A DNA stretch of 64,000 bases from Chrysomallon squamiferum (Eukaryota; Animalia; Mollusca): assembly GCA_012295275.1 (NCBI GenBank), contig CM022671.1:35464001-35528000 (forward strand). Direction: 5' to 3'. The notes beneath the pieces are model-generated. The model was not told where the DNA came from. It saw nothing but the letters and a program-made list of their open reading frames with translations, and made no database searches. Both the position numbers and the translations under genes were made by a program. Shown here one piece after another: positions 52,101 to 64,000 of this stretch; within the stretch, counting starts at the first letter, position 1, and each line of letters begins with the position of its first letter.

Positions 52101-52180
52101 TCGCTGACGAGATTCGAACGTATGACAGCCATTCGCCCGCACTTTGAAAGTGGACGGCTATACCGCTCGGCCATCAAAAC
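52101..52180 (-). pseudogene. tRNA-derived sequence (tRNA pseudogene or SINE head) with A box, B box and a TCA triplet in the anticodon position
   Basis: Minus strand reads GTTTTGATGGCCGAGCGGTATAGCCGTCCACTTTCAAAGTGCGGGCGAATGGCTGTCATACGTTCGAATCTCGTCAGCGA. A box TGGCCGAGCGG and B box GTTCGAATC are present, but the T stem and acceptor stem are mismatched. Confidence 0.6.
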
Positions 52181-52957
52181 TCCAACCGTGTTTTTTATTT
52201 CTGTAATTATGTATGCATGCATATATGTGTGTATATGTGTGTATTTATGTGTGTGTATGTGTATATGTGTGTGTGTGTATGTTATGTAGTTATGTATGTG
52301 TATGTATGTGTATGCATGTGTATGTCTATGTATGTCTATGTATATGTATGTATGAATATTTGTATGTATGTATGTATGTATGTATGTATGTTTGTAATCA
52401 GTTTTTCTAAATATTATAAACACTAATTATTAGCATGTTTTTATTTCATAGGATTATGAAAAAAGCCTTTATAAACATTTTTTTTTGTTTAATATAATTA
52501 TGCATGTATATTATGTAATGTAGTTATAATATTTGTGAATGAAGTTGTATTTTAGACTCCAAGATGAATAATAACGAATGAACTGATCTCCACAGTAAAT
52601 GCCATTTGATCACCTCGTTTTTATCATTTTTTTAGTTTAGTTTTTTATTTTCTGTTGCGTTGGTTTTGAAATGCACACAGTGTAACAATGCTAAACGTTT
52701 CAATAGCTGTCATATTTTGTTGTGTTTTTTAAATATTTTTTTTAATGTCAGCCCTTTTAGTTTACAATACACGATTCTCAGTGTAGAGACCAAAAAAAAA
52801 AAAAAAAAAAAAGAGATATTTTCAGAAAAACTGTTTTCACCACTCATCTCATGTACTTTACTGTCATGTTCTTTCATTTTCAAACAATAAACGTCTCAGT
52901 AGTAGTAGTAATAATCATAATAATAATAATAATATTAGCGGTAGCAGTATGAAAGAT

Positions 52958-53859
52958 TCAAACGTTCTCGGGAGTTTTTCTCTTGCACAGACCGAGACTT
53001 CTAGCGAACTCTTGACAGAGGTCTTTCACTTCGCCTTGCATCAGGTCAAAGCTCATCGCCATCATCGCCAGGCCGAACAGCAGGTACAGCACGCTCGACA
53101 CCCGCTTGGCGTTGTCCTCCCAGGAGCTGTTGCTGTGGCCCGGAACAAAGTCTCCGAAGCCGATGGTGCTGAGAGTGATAAAACAGAAGTAAGCACTTTC
53201 GAGAAAACTCCAGTCTTCTTCCCACAGAGTGAACAGCACCGCGCCCAGCATGATGTAGATGAATATGAGCAGTAGGCAGACGGCGATGGGCACCCTGACC
53301 AAATCTTTTTTCTTTTTCTTGCCCTCTTTCGCGGACTGTTCTGGCACGGATAAAGGTTCGCTGCCAGCGACGCTCGGGTTTCGAAGTGACGACCTTTGTC
53401 TCAGTGACGTCTGCCTGCGTTTTCGCATCCGGCAGCAGCCGCAGACGATCTGCTTCCAGAAGAGTCTGAAGGATCCGGCCATGAGGCCGCCGATGTTGGA
53501 CAAACACAACAAAGTCAGAGGGATCCCGATTAGTGCGTACAACATCGTCACAACCCGGCCCCACACAGTCTGTGGTGTCAGGTGACCGTAACCTGGAAAA
53601 TAATTGTATGCGGAAATGTGTTATTTTGTAGACGCGCAATATATCAAGAAATATGTTTAGATATTTGAAACAAAATCTGCAGATTAATTAATAATGAAGA
53701 TGTACGAAGGCCGAAAAATTTCGTTTATCCTGAAGAAAAAAAAAAAGTTAAAATTGTATAAGGTCTGTCTGATTATAATTTTCGATTTTATTAATTTAGT
53801 TTAAGGTCCTGGGTACGACATTAGTCGCTATAAAGTTCATGCTCTTTATATTTAACGAG

Positions 53860-53894
<35 letters not shown>

Positions 53895-54219
53895 GAAGTT
53901 TATTATTCGCAAAGACTATCGGCAAAATATATAAATATATATTCATACATACATACATGCACATATATACGCGTGTGCAGGGGGGGTGTAGATTTGAAAG
54001 TATTGAGGCACTTCCTCATAATATAGCTAAACTTTGGTATATTACATGACTATAATCGCATAGGCTTATGATGAATTCCACAAGGGTGAGAACTCAAATG
54101 TTGGTTTTAACAGATCCCAGGGTGGTAGTCTTTTGTAAAAGCATCAATATTTTCAAAATATTGGCTGTGTTAACGACATGAATGATCAAACTGGGGTCAG
54201 TTGTTATGTAATCCTACAA

Positions 54220-54287
<68 letters not shown>

Positions 54288-55001
54288 TTGTACGATTGAT
54301 ATATATTAATATATAATTATATTTATTTACCTATTCAGAATGATTATGAAGAAAATTTCGTTCGTTAATTTCAAAATATGTAATTCGTTCTTCAGACCAA
54401 TCAGGTCACTGTAACTTGCAAGTTTAACTGGGATATAACTGAATAACATGGATCGTCATTAATGATCCTAACATAAGAAACAAAAGAGTAACTTGCCTAT
54501 TGTAGTTATAACTGTCACGGAGAAGAGAAGAGCGCCGGGGTAGGTCCATCTCACTAACTTCGCTGTATGCTCATCCACGCCGTCCCAGCCGTTGTCCACA
54601 GCACTGTACACTGACGCCTGGAATCTCATAAACACGTCGTCAGCGATGGCAGTCCAGTTGTCCATGAACAAAATGTTCAGCTTCTCCGTAGCCTCCCACA
54701 ATTCCTTGACGTACAGCTTCCTGACTCTCGCTACGGCATTGCGGTTCTGCAGTTCGTTGTTCGCCTCCAGGTACATGAAGATGAAGCCGCCGAGAATGGA
54801 GTAAACGACCACGAGGCACGTGAGACCCACGTGCGAGATGAGGAAAACCAGAGATTTCTTTCCCAGCGAAATGGCCGTTTTCCTTAGCCGTGCTTTTCTC
54901 GACTGTCTGACGGTTAACGTCGCACACATCGTCACCGCCTTCATTGTGTTCATGGCGTTGTTCATTTCCGTGTTGGGCACAGTCTCTGTCGTTTCTGTCA
55001 T
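52958..55001 (-). CDS. K2P (TWIK family) potassium channel, paralogue A, ~379 aa, with a GC-AG intron
   Basis: Exon 54497-55001 (SHVGLTCLVVVYSILGGFIF..WTYPGALLFSVTVITTIG) and exon 52958-53592 (YGHLTPQTVWGRVVTMLYALIGIPL..WSFLESAYFCFITLSTIGFGDFVPG). Donor G|gcaagt, acceptor ttccag; total 1140 nt. Confidence 0.95.
54222..54281. repeat. (TA)n microsatellite in the K2P-A intron
   Basis: Perfect TA run. Confidence 0.95.
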
Positions 55002-56303
55002 GTTTAGTTGTTATAATAGACAAATACCAAACACACATACGTCAGCTAAACATCAGTGCTCTTGCAGAGTGTTGCTGTGTCTCCCATTGTTACTTTATCA
55101 CCCACCCTTCATCGTGCATGTTTAATTTCCAGGAATATCAGTGTTGTCTGTACAGCAAGACTGCGGCCCACGTGGTCTTCTCAACAAACTAATCACCTTT
55201 GAACAAAATAAACGAAGGAAAATGTAACAGTATGACTGAATGTAAATCCTAAATAAAACAAAAGTAAAATTTTATTTTGATTAAAGACAGTTATTATTGT
55301 AGACTGCAATATCCTTTAAAATACATTTGCTAGATATTTCCATCAGCAACAAAAGATTTTTTTTGTCTGAAAATGTTATCATTAAAGCCTGCAATATGAT
55401 CTTTGATCATCAGCTGCAGAGCACTGTTAGATCGTTTCTACGATTCATCTACGTGAAGCCGGCTCTCACAACTGTGTAGAATAATTCATGATGTAATAAC
55501 TAGCTCGCTGATGATACACAGTACAAAATAACTGGTCTGATCAGAACTTGGACATTTATCTCGATACACACACTTAAAGATGAATTAGTGGACTTAAATA
55601 CACCGATTCACTGAATCTGACTTCATTTCAGCAGTGAATTTGATCATGTTTCCTGCTCACGGTAGAATAAAATACAAAAACTCATTAACAATATACTTCT
55701 TTTCTTTTACGCTAGTATGTTTTTAAGAAGAATATATTATTTTTTTTTTTTTCTTAATTTTCAGTTTCATGTTTATCATTTTATTACCGTTGTTATTATT
55801 AATGTACTGATTGACATTTCTTACAGTGAAGTACGTACATATATCTAACCTTTCATACATTTTCTATTTTTCATGGTGAGGAGTGGCGATGTGGCCTCTG
55901 ATCAGTTTACATTTTGATATCTGTATCTCCGCGAACGAATTTAGGTCCGTTCTACATTTGTTGACGAGATTATACACGGATAATCTGTTGGCACTAAAGC
56001 TGTTTCTGACTCACGAGATAAAACTGAGAGAACAAGTAACCACTGTTTGCCTGTTTACTGATTCCAGACAGAGATGCGTTCAGAGGTTTGGCTGTTTAGA
56101 CCAAAGACGGAGATAATCGTACGTGTCCGCCAGGCAAACTGGCATTTAGACCTCACACCACCATCTTATTATAATTGAAATAAAATATATGAAATTTTGT
56201 ATGAATGCGTCCGTATAATGTTGTAGACTACGGCCTGAGTGTAAATAAAGTTCAATTCAGTTCAGTTCAGACACAATAGTGACTGGTTTTTTTTTTCCAT
56301 TCA

Positions 56304-56304
<1 letters not shown>

Positions 56305-56377
<73 letters not shown>

Positions 56378-56400
56378 TTACTACTACTACTACTACTACC
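56305..56400. repeat. (TAC)n microsatellite
   Basis: Trinucleotide run. Confidence 0.9.
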
Positions 56401-56833
56401 ACAACTTCTAATACCACTGCTACTACTATTACTACTACTAATAATAAATAAATAAACAAGTAAGACCTGACAGCGTATAATTGTTACTAAACTATGTCAA
56501 CATGTTAAACTGATACTCATATATTAATTTCTCTAAAAAGGTTTACATCAGAGATCCCCTCATCCTACGCAGATCTATACTGAAAAATGTCAAAAGTACA
56601 AACTCGTTTATCTTCATTTTGTTTCATCCATTTTTCATGCTTTGTTTGGCTGCTGTCCAAAGAGCCACCATTACAAAGTCAAAAAGTGCGCCCGTGTGTA
56701 GGTATGTGTGTGTATGTTTTTTTTACAGCCTTGTCCTTTCAATTGTATACATATTTAATATGAATAAACATTGTAATTATTTGTTTCCCAAGCCACTGTT
56801 AGTAATGTATTGTAGTCAATTAACAAACTTACG

Positions 56834-56883
<50 letters not shown>

Positions 56884-57021
56884 TCATCATAATAATAAAA
56901 ATATAAAGTTAGAGGGGAAAAGTAACATCAGGTTAACATGCAGACATACTTGAATGTTACGAAAAATATTTTAATCATATGTTTTTATCACTTTTTCTTT
57001 TGTACTTGGTGCTCTTTTCTT

Positions 57022-57120
<99 letters not shown>

Positions 57121-57164
57121 TTCACTAATCTCTCTCTCACACACGCACATATATATAAAATCAA

Positions 57165-57430
57165 CTGAGGTATCATTAAACTGATTAACTGGTTAAACAA
57201 ATGTTCATTTATTAATTATTTACATACAAAACAGTTTTTCACACATACACACACCGACACAAGTTAGTTGAGGCATCATTAAACTCATTAACTTGTTAAA
57301 TAAATGTTCATTTATTAATTATTTACATACAAAACAGTTTTACACACACTCACACACACACACACATACACAAATTAGTTGAGTCATCATTAAACTGATT
57401 AACTTGTTAAATAAATGTTCATTTATTAAT
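57165..57430. repeat. ~105-110 bp tandem repeat, ~2.5 copies (tgag.atcattaaactgattaact.gttaaa.aaatgttcatttattaat... plus a CA tract)
   Basis: Units start at ~57166, ~57269 and ~57380. Confidence 0.85.
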
Positions 57431-59879
57431 CAAGACCACATACAGAACAAATATTCCTAGAAAAATATCTTTACGCACAAAACAGTTTTACATATTTATA
57501 TATTCCTAACAGCTGCGACAGAATGTTCTCTTTTAAATACACCTCTAAATGTCGATATTAACATGAACAATTATGATTATACAAACAACAAGTATATGCT
57601 TTTAATATTCAACTGAGTTTTTAACAAGAGCTGCCTCGCAACACTAAAACTCAGCTGTACGTTCAATTAACAGAAAATGCTAACATTAATAATGAAATAC
57701 AATTACTTACGGCTACAAAAATAACAGAATAGATACTCTTGACAAGGTTCAATGAACAGATATTACTGCTGCAATCAGATGCATTACACTTGAAAATTAC
57801 ATTACTGGGTGAACTGCAAAAAAAAAAAAAAAAAAGTGTATTAATTTACGTATACTTTAATTATGTCTGCATGTGTAAAATATATTCGTGTTATTGTTCG
57901 GTTGGCATGTTTAGGGCTGTGAATTTGTGTTTGTTAGTGTGCATGTGTGAGGGGAGTTATGATTATGTTTGTGACATGTGTTTAGGATGTTAATATAAAA
58001 TATATTTTGTACCGTAAAACATTTGTTTGTGCATATGTCAGTGTATCTGTAAAGTACATGGATGATGTCAGATTCTATTAATATTCATGTATACATGATC
58101 ATGTTTGTTGACTTTTTACTGCGTCTACGCACACACATATATTCTAACACCCAGTAACCTCCGTATGTACGTGGGTGTGTATAAATTGATATTAAGGTTT
58201 GATTAAATAAATGAAATGTTATCTGATAATTTATTCGTTGTTCACAGTAGAATGGATGCCGGTGTTCATTTTAGTGATTAAAGCTGGGTAAAACATGGGA
58301 AAGTATAATTTTTTTTGTTTTAAAGGAATTCTCTCTTACTCGGTTATACGAATGTGTATATATCTGTATGTGTACATGACTACGCATAATGTATGTGAAA
58401 TACTGAAGAGATAAGATCAAACTAGAACCTATAAAAGTGTGACCAATACAAGATATATTTCTCACATCCGACATAACAATATATTATCGAAAAGCGACAT
58501 TTTAAAATATATTTTAAAAGTATTTGCAATGTAACACTTTTAAACTATGGTGGTCTAACTCCTGGATGTTAAGTAAGAAAATCTATATTTGATATTTCAA
58601 CCCAGTTTTGAAGAAAAACACAAGTTTATACAGTTTTTAGAATTTTTACAGAGCAATTAATTATTTAAAAATAAAATCAATAATAAAATTCCCAGTACCA
58701 ACTAATGGTATCATTAAATACGAGATAGAATCATACAAAGTGTTGTGTGGGCATTCCCCATTCTTTTTTTTTCTTTTTACTGTGAGTTACATTTATCATC
58801 AAACCTATCATATGTTGTAATTATGTCGACATTATTTCACATCATCACCATTATTATCATTATTACCATCATCATCATCATCATCATCATTATTAATACT
58901 AGTAGTAGTATAATTTTCTTTCAGTGGAAGGTACGAATCGATTAAAAAAAATCGCTTTGTTTGAAATTTAAAAAAGAAAAACAGATAAAATAATTGATTA
59001 AAAGACTGTTATTAAATATAATGTACGCTCTCTTGCTCTTGGCCTCTCCGTGGGTATTTCAAAATCCACAATAGTTAGATCAGCCACCTGACCAACTACT
59101 ATTTAAAAGTGTAATTTTCAGAATTCCAGCCTAGAATAGGACAACACACAGCTATACTAAGTGATAAGACTTCAATATGCATAATAATGTCTCTAATCGA
59201 TTGCATTCAATCTGGTAAATAGAGAAACACATAAACGGAACAAATACACAGAGCGAATCGGCTACAAAACGGATTGTACAGTGCTGAATGGTAGCAGACG
59301 AAAATGGACGACCACTCAATAGATCAATGGCAATGTGAAACACCGGCAGCTACAAAGTTACATTATCGTTAATAGTTCACACTGCAGCAGAGTTATACTT
59401 TATTTTTATCTTCTTTTTTTTATCTTTTTTTTTTTTTCCGGCAATAAAAGGAGATTCGTTTGGTAGCATTAACGCAATAATAATGTTATTGTTCGTACGT
59501 TCACGTGTTTCTAAATTTTACAACTTTTTCTGTGACTTGCAGTGTTAAAATTATAGCCTATTTCCTAATGTACTGTATTTAACACAATCCTATAATATTA
59601 TTTTTACTACTACTGCCTATTCATTTTATTAAATTTATCAATAATTTGTGTTTATATTTATATGTCTTAATCATTTAGACAAAATCTTTTCTGTTTCGTT
59701 TTCACAATGAAAAAAAAAAAGGCCCAAGCGTTGTTGTATTAACGAAACATATTTATTATTATTATTATTATTTATTATTATTTGTTATTTTTTTTTCAGA
59801 GTGTTCATGAAACACGATTGTAAATTTGTCTAATTGTTAACATTAGTTTAAGACGAAAGTTAAAATAAGTGAACTTACC

Positions 59880-60050
59880 TTAGATAGAGTTTGGTGTCAA
59901 CTTATTTCGTCCTTTCCACCGAATGTTTCTAGATATTGATTTTCCTCACTATTAAAGTACTATCATGCATGTTTAATGCCCAGTGTGCACCGCGATTCTG
60001 CGCGCGACAGTTCACGTCTGCTTCTCTTCGCCAGCCCGTCGTATATGGCT
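59880..60050 (-). promoter_or_regulatory. Candidate promoter and non-coding first exon for K2P paralogue A
   Basis: CpG-rich patch with a TATA-like CATATAC on the minus strand (~60041-60047) and a strong donor AAG|gtaagt at ~59880. A candidate acceptor ttttgttcaaag at ~55197 lies upstream of the ATG at 55001. Confidence 0.35.
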
Positions 60051-60253
60051 CGCGCTGTTTTTATTATTTTTTAATTATCACTGATATTCTGGTCCATAAT
60101 GACTGTTTATAATAACTTCCATTTAATACTGTAAATACAAATAAGTTTGCTCTTAATGCACAATTAGCTAAAAAGTTGTTTTTTTGAGAGATGAATGGTT
60201 TGTTTCAAAACTGATTAATGGGTTACCATTTAAAATACATAAATACATTACTA

Positions 60254-60327
<74 letters not shown>

Positions 60328-61197
60328 CCATCCATCTTTCTTTCTCTAAAATGAACCAATGTTAAAAAAGGACTATTTTATCTTATATTTCATATCAATA
60401 TTCAGTCTGTTCCTGATTAAAATCACATATGAACTTTTTCCACTCTACTGTAGAAAGATTAAACATTTTTTTTCATCATCGTCCTGTTTCGTAATTTTGA
60501 ATGCATAATAATAATAAAAATAACTGTATCTAATAGTTGATCAATTTTACCGGGACAGTCTGGATGTTAGTAAAATTACTACAATTTAGGGAATCACGCT
60601 GTCACGCTCTCTTAATTTGTATAATAAAACAATAAATCTGGAATAAACGATGAGACCAGATCAAAAATGTTCTGTCCTTGTTACTGGAGTAAATTTGATA
60701 TTAACCCTACAGCCACTGTGCTTTTGATTTTGTTTGCAGCATCAAGATCGCTGAACAAAACAAAACAAAATAGATTCGTCCTCCACCCTCCACCAGAAAA
60801 GGAAGAAGAAGAAGAAGAAAGAAGCAAAACGGAGGAAAATATATTTATCGAAAAAGACTAAATAAAGTAATGCGCGCGCGCGTGTGAGTGTGTCTGTACG
60901 TGTGTGTGTCTGTGTGTGTGTGAAAGAATTAGCAAAAAAACATAGAAAGAGAAAAGAAATATCGAAACTTAGTTTAAGAACAGAATCAAATGAAAAAAAA
61001 AAATTAATGTAATTCAAAATGTTATTTAAAAAAAATCATTCGAAAAACCCCAAAATAATAATAATTATTATAGTTTATGACATGAATGTACAAATGTAAC
61101 TGTATGACCAAAATTATATAATTATAGCTACTGCTATACTACTACTACTACTACTATTATTATAAAATAGCCAACTTTTGTAATTGTGTTCTGTGTG

Positions 61198-61285
<88 letters not shown>

Positions 61286-61926
61286 TGTGTGTGTGTGTGT
61301 GATGTAAAGTTCAGTGTATTCCTCAGCTAACTGCACTAACTCGTAACATCTGACATTTGACCACACCTCGGCTTGCGCCTGAAACAATATGACATTAATA
61401 AAACTTTACCCCCGGTTACTCACTAATTAATTAAAGTGCATGCATACAGTATAAAACAATGATTTCAAAATACAATGAAAAATTCATTTCATATTATGAT
61501 TCTCCTCATTTGGGGGTGTCCTGCGATCGTCTTGTCGCAGTTTTATGCAACAGGAATCGGCAAAGGAATTGGGGCAATTAGCAAAAACTACAGACGGCCA
61601 GCTACCAGAAGCATGCTTTGTAATACATTATTTTCAATTAACAAAATTGCCGGAGCTGAATAAATACCAAACACACAGTCGTAGAAAATCATCAAGTTTT
61701 ATTGTACCAGATATATATATATATATATAATATTTATGTGTGTGTGTGTGTATATGTGTATTAAGACGTCGACGATCTAACTTTGAGAAAACGTAAAAAT
61801 ATGGATTATGAGTGATATATATCCGTCCCTGTGTGGACGTGTGTCTGCATTCTGTCTAAGTTCGAGCTTTCCTTCTTTCCATTCCACTGGTTATATAAAA
61901 GAAAACAGAGAAAGGAATATGTCTGT

Positions 61927-61972
<46 letters not shown>

Positions 61973-62852
61973 ATAGATAGATAGATAGATAGATAGACTG
62001 ATGCTAAAATTATTACAGTAGGTACAAAGGTAAATAGGTAGGTAGGTAGACAGATAGATAGATAGATGTAGATACAGACTAACAGAAAGAAAGACTGACA
62101 AAAAGAGAGACAGACAGATTGAGAGACAGTAACCAGAAAGGACAGATTCATCCTCAGACGGACAGACGGACAGACTGACTGAAGAAGATAGAACAAAATA
62201 TATTTAAAAAAAAACCGAATAAACATTAATTTCTCTGGCAATTACAAAATTACAGCTAATATGTCTTGAACACAAACTGCTCTGCACAATGTGACAAATT
62301 AAATCCTAAACAAGAACCGAACTGGCAATTAATTGTCATTATTACCGTACTAACTGCAATAAATAAACTACTAATTACCAAACAAGTGTTACCGTATTTA
62401 TTACAAAACAAACCTTCGCGATGTTTTACTATATTCCTGTACAACATTTATCAGATGGGTTCTGTCACATTAAGTATATTCTAAAAACGTTGCTGTGCTG
62501 ACGTAATTTTGTTGTTTTCTTTTTATTACCTCTGTTCAGTTGTTTATTTCATTTTGTCACGACAAAAACATGCGCTTGGGGAAAACACGTACAGATTAGT
62601 TTAAAAAATAAATGAATCAATAAACATTTGTATAACAACACCTCGAGTTCTCAACACGTGTTAGTATTATTAGACGGTGTGTGTTAAACATAATGGCGGA
62701 TATGAAGGAGAAAATACAGTACCGTCTCTTTGATATTTACTGTGATTCAATAAACATCAAAATGTGTTTTACACGCACGTTCCCATGTATTAACAAAGCA
62801 AATACCATGACAATATTATTTTTATTGTTACTAGCTTTTATTTATTTATTTG

Positions 62853-62894
<42 letters not shown>

Positions 62895-62903
62895 TTTTTA
62901 TTA

Positions 62904-62934
<31 letters not shown>

Positions 62935-63411
62935 TTTATTTATTAGTTTTACAGTTCGTGCAGACATGTAGCGCTTGATGGAAACACTGAAATTCATTTC
63001 ATCTCATGAAAGATTTAATTAAAACTAAAGTCAAATCTAAAATTTTAATTATTTATATATATCAAGTTCGAGATACATTTAGTTTTGCTCTATTTTTCTC
63101 TCAGCTTCATTTTTAGTATTAATTTTTTTAAATGTTATCACTAATAAAAAAAATAAAAATAAAAATAATAAAGCGCCTTCGATATTAAAGTACGAAACAC
63201 ACATAAAATATTCACATTTTTATTTGCTTAACGTTTCGATCCTGATCTGTGTTAATGGGGTAGGGTTTTAAATTGTAGGGGGCGCTCTGCTCAGCGATGT
63301 AAAGACGTTTGCGCTGGTAATACGTTTTGTGAACTACTGACACATGCATTTAATTTTTATGAAAATTATTTGAAATTAATAATAATAATAATAATAATTG
63401 CAGTTATTGCA

Positions 63412-63444
<33 letters not shown>

Positions 63445-64000
63445 TGTTCACCTTCAGCAAACCTGGAGTCCAGATTTCTTTTCTTTTCTGTTTTTTTTTT
63501 TTTTGGTTTGTTTTATCTTCCGATCTAAAATCCGCTCCAGTTGTTCGTTGTTTTTTATTCTGAATACTTTATTCTTAAGATTTCCAGTAGCTTCTTCTAT
63601 CTTTCTTTTTGAATAAAGTTGAAAACACGATAAAGAAAACATTCCACAAAGAGATGTTTGACAGAGGCCCACATCGCACGCAGCATTACAGTTTGTAAAA
63701 TGCAAAAAATCAAATTAGACTGAGTACGGAAAAAGTGCGTGTATAAAAATGTCAGTCTTTCGTGAATATGTATGATCTTTTCTCTGTCTGATCAAACGTT
63801 ATTAAGCTTATTTCAATAACTGTCCTTCTGGAGCTATTTTCCAGTAAAGTCCAATGATGATAACTTAAACACACACAAAAAAAAAAAAAAAAGAAAAGAA
63901 AAAAAAAATGAAGCAAAATGCTTGATACCCTCGCTATCAAAGGCTGCAATTTAAATTATAATCCATTCAAACAAACCAACTCGATATATCGCCCTGTCAA

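Noticed and set aside
52101-52180. Functional tRNA-Sec or opal suppressor
   Set aside because: T stem and acceptor stem are mismatched, and it has a Ser/Leu-type A box rather than the long Sec D stem.
52949-55192. Overlapping alternative-frame and antisense ORFs over K2P-A (e.g. 53046-53639, 54640-55038)
   Set aside because: By-products of GC-rich codon usage in the real channel exons.
55200-64000. Short ORFs in the last 9 kb and similar poly-I/Y/HT/SL/ER ORFs throughout the window
   Set aside because: Translations of microsatellites or AT-rich spacer, with no consistent exon chain or domain.

Overview
AT-rich, microsatellite-laden animal genomic DNA with spliceosomal introns. Gene content and repeat style suggest an invertebrate, probably a mollusc; that is inference only. 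I reconstructed exons by hand from splice sites and reading phase. Left to right the window holds: the 3' part of a Slingshot (SSH) phosphatase gene (+, 5743-16538, with a likely cassette exon at 2890-2964); an orphan single-coding-exon 239-aa gene (+); a 12-exon TMCO6-like importin-alpha/ARM gene (-); an intronless bacterial-type DUF3472-like gene (+, horizontal-transfer candidate); a secreted Thr/Lys-rich mucin-repeat protein fused to four closely spaced EF-hand loops (-); and a tandem array of three two-exon K2P (TWIK-type) potassium channel paralogues (-), one with a GC-AG intron. Other features are several 31-32 bp minisatellites (one multiplies a splice donor), a hAT-type MITE, a tRNA-derived element, a sharp CpG-depletion boundary near 35 kb, and three 1-nt homopolymer frameshifts that look like assembly errors.
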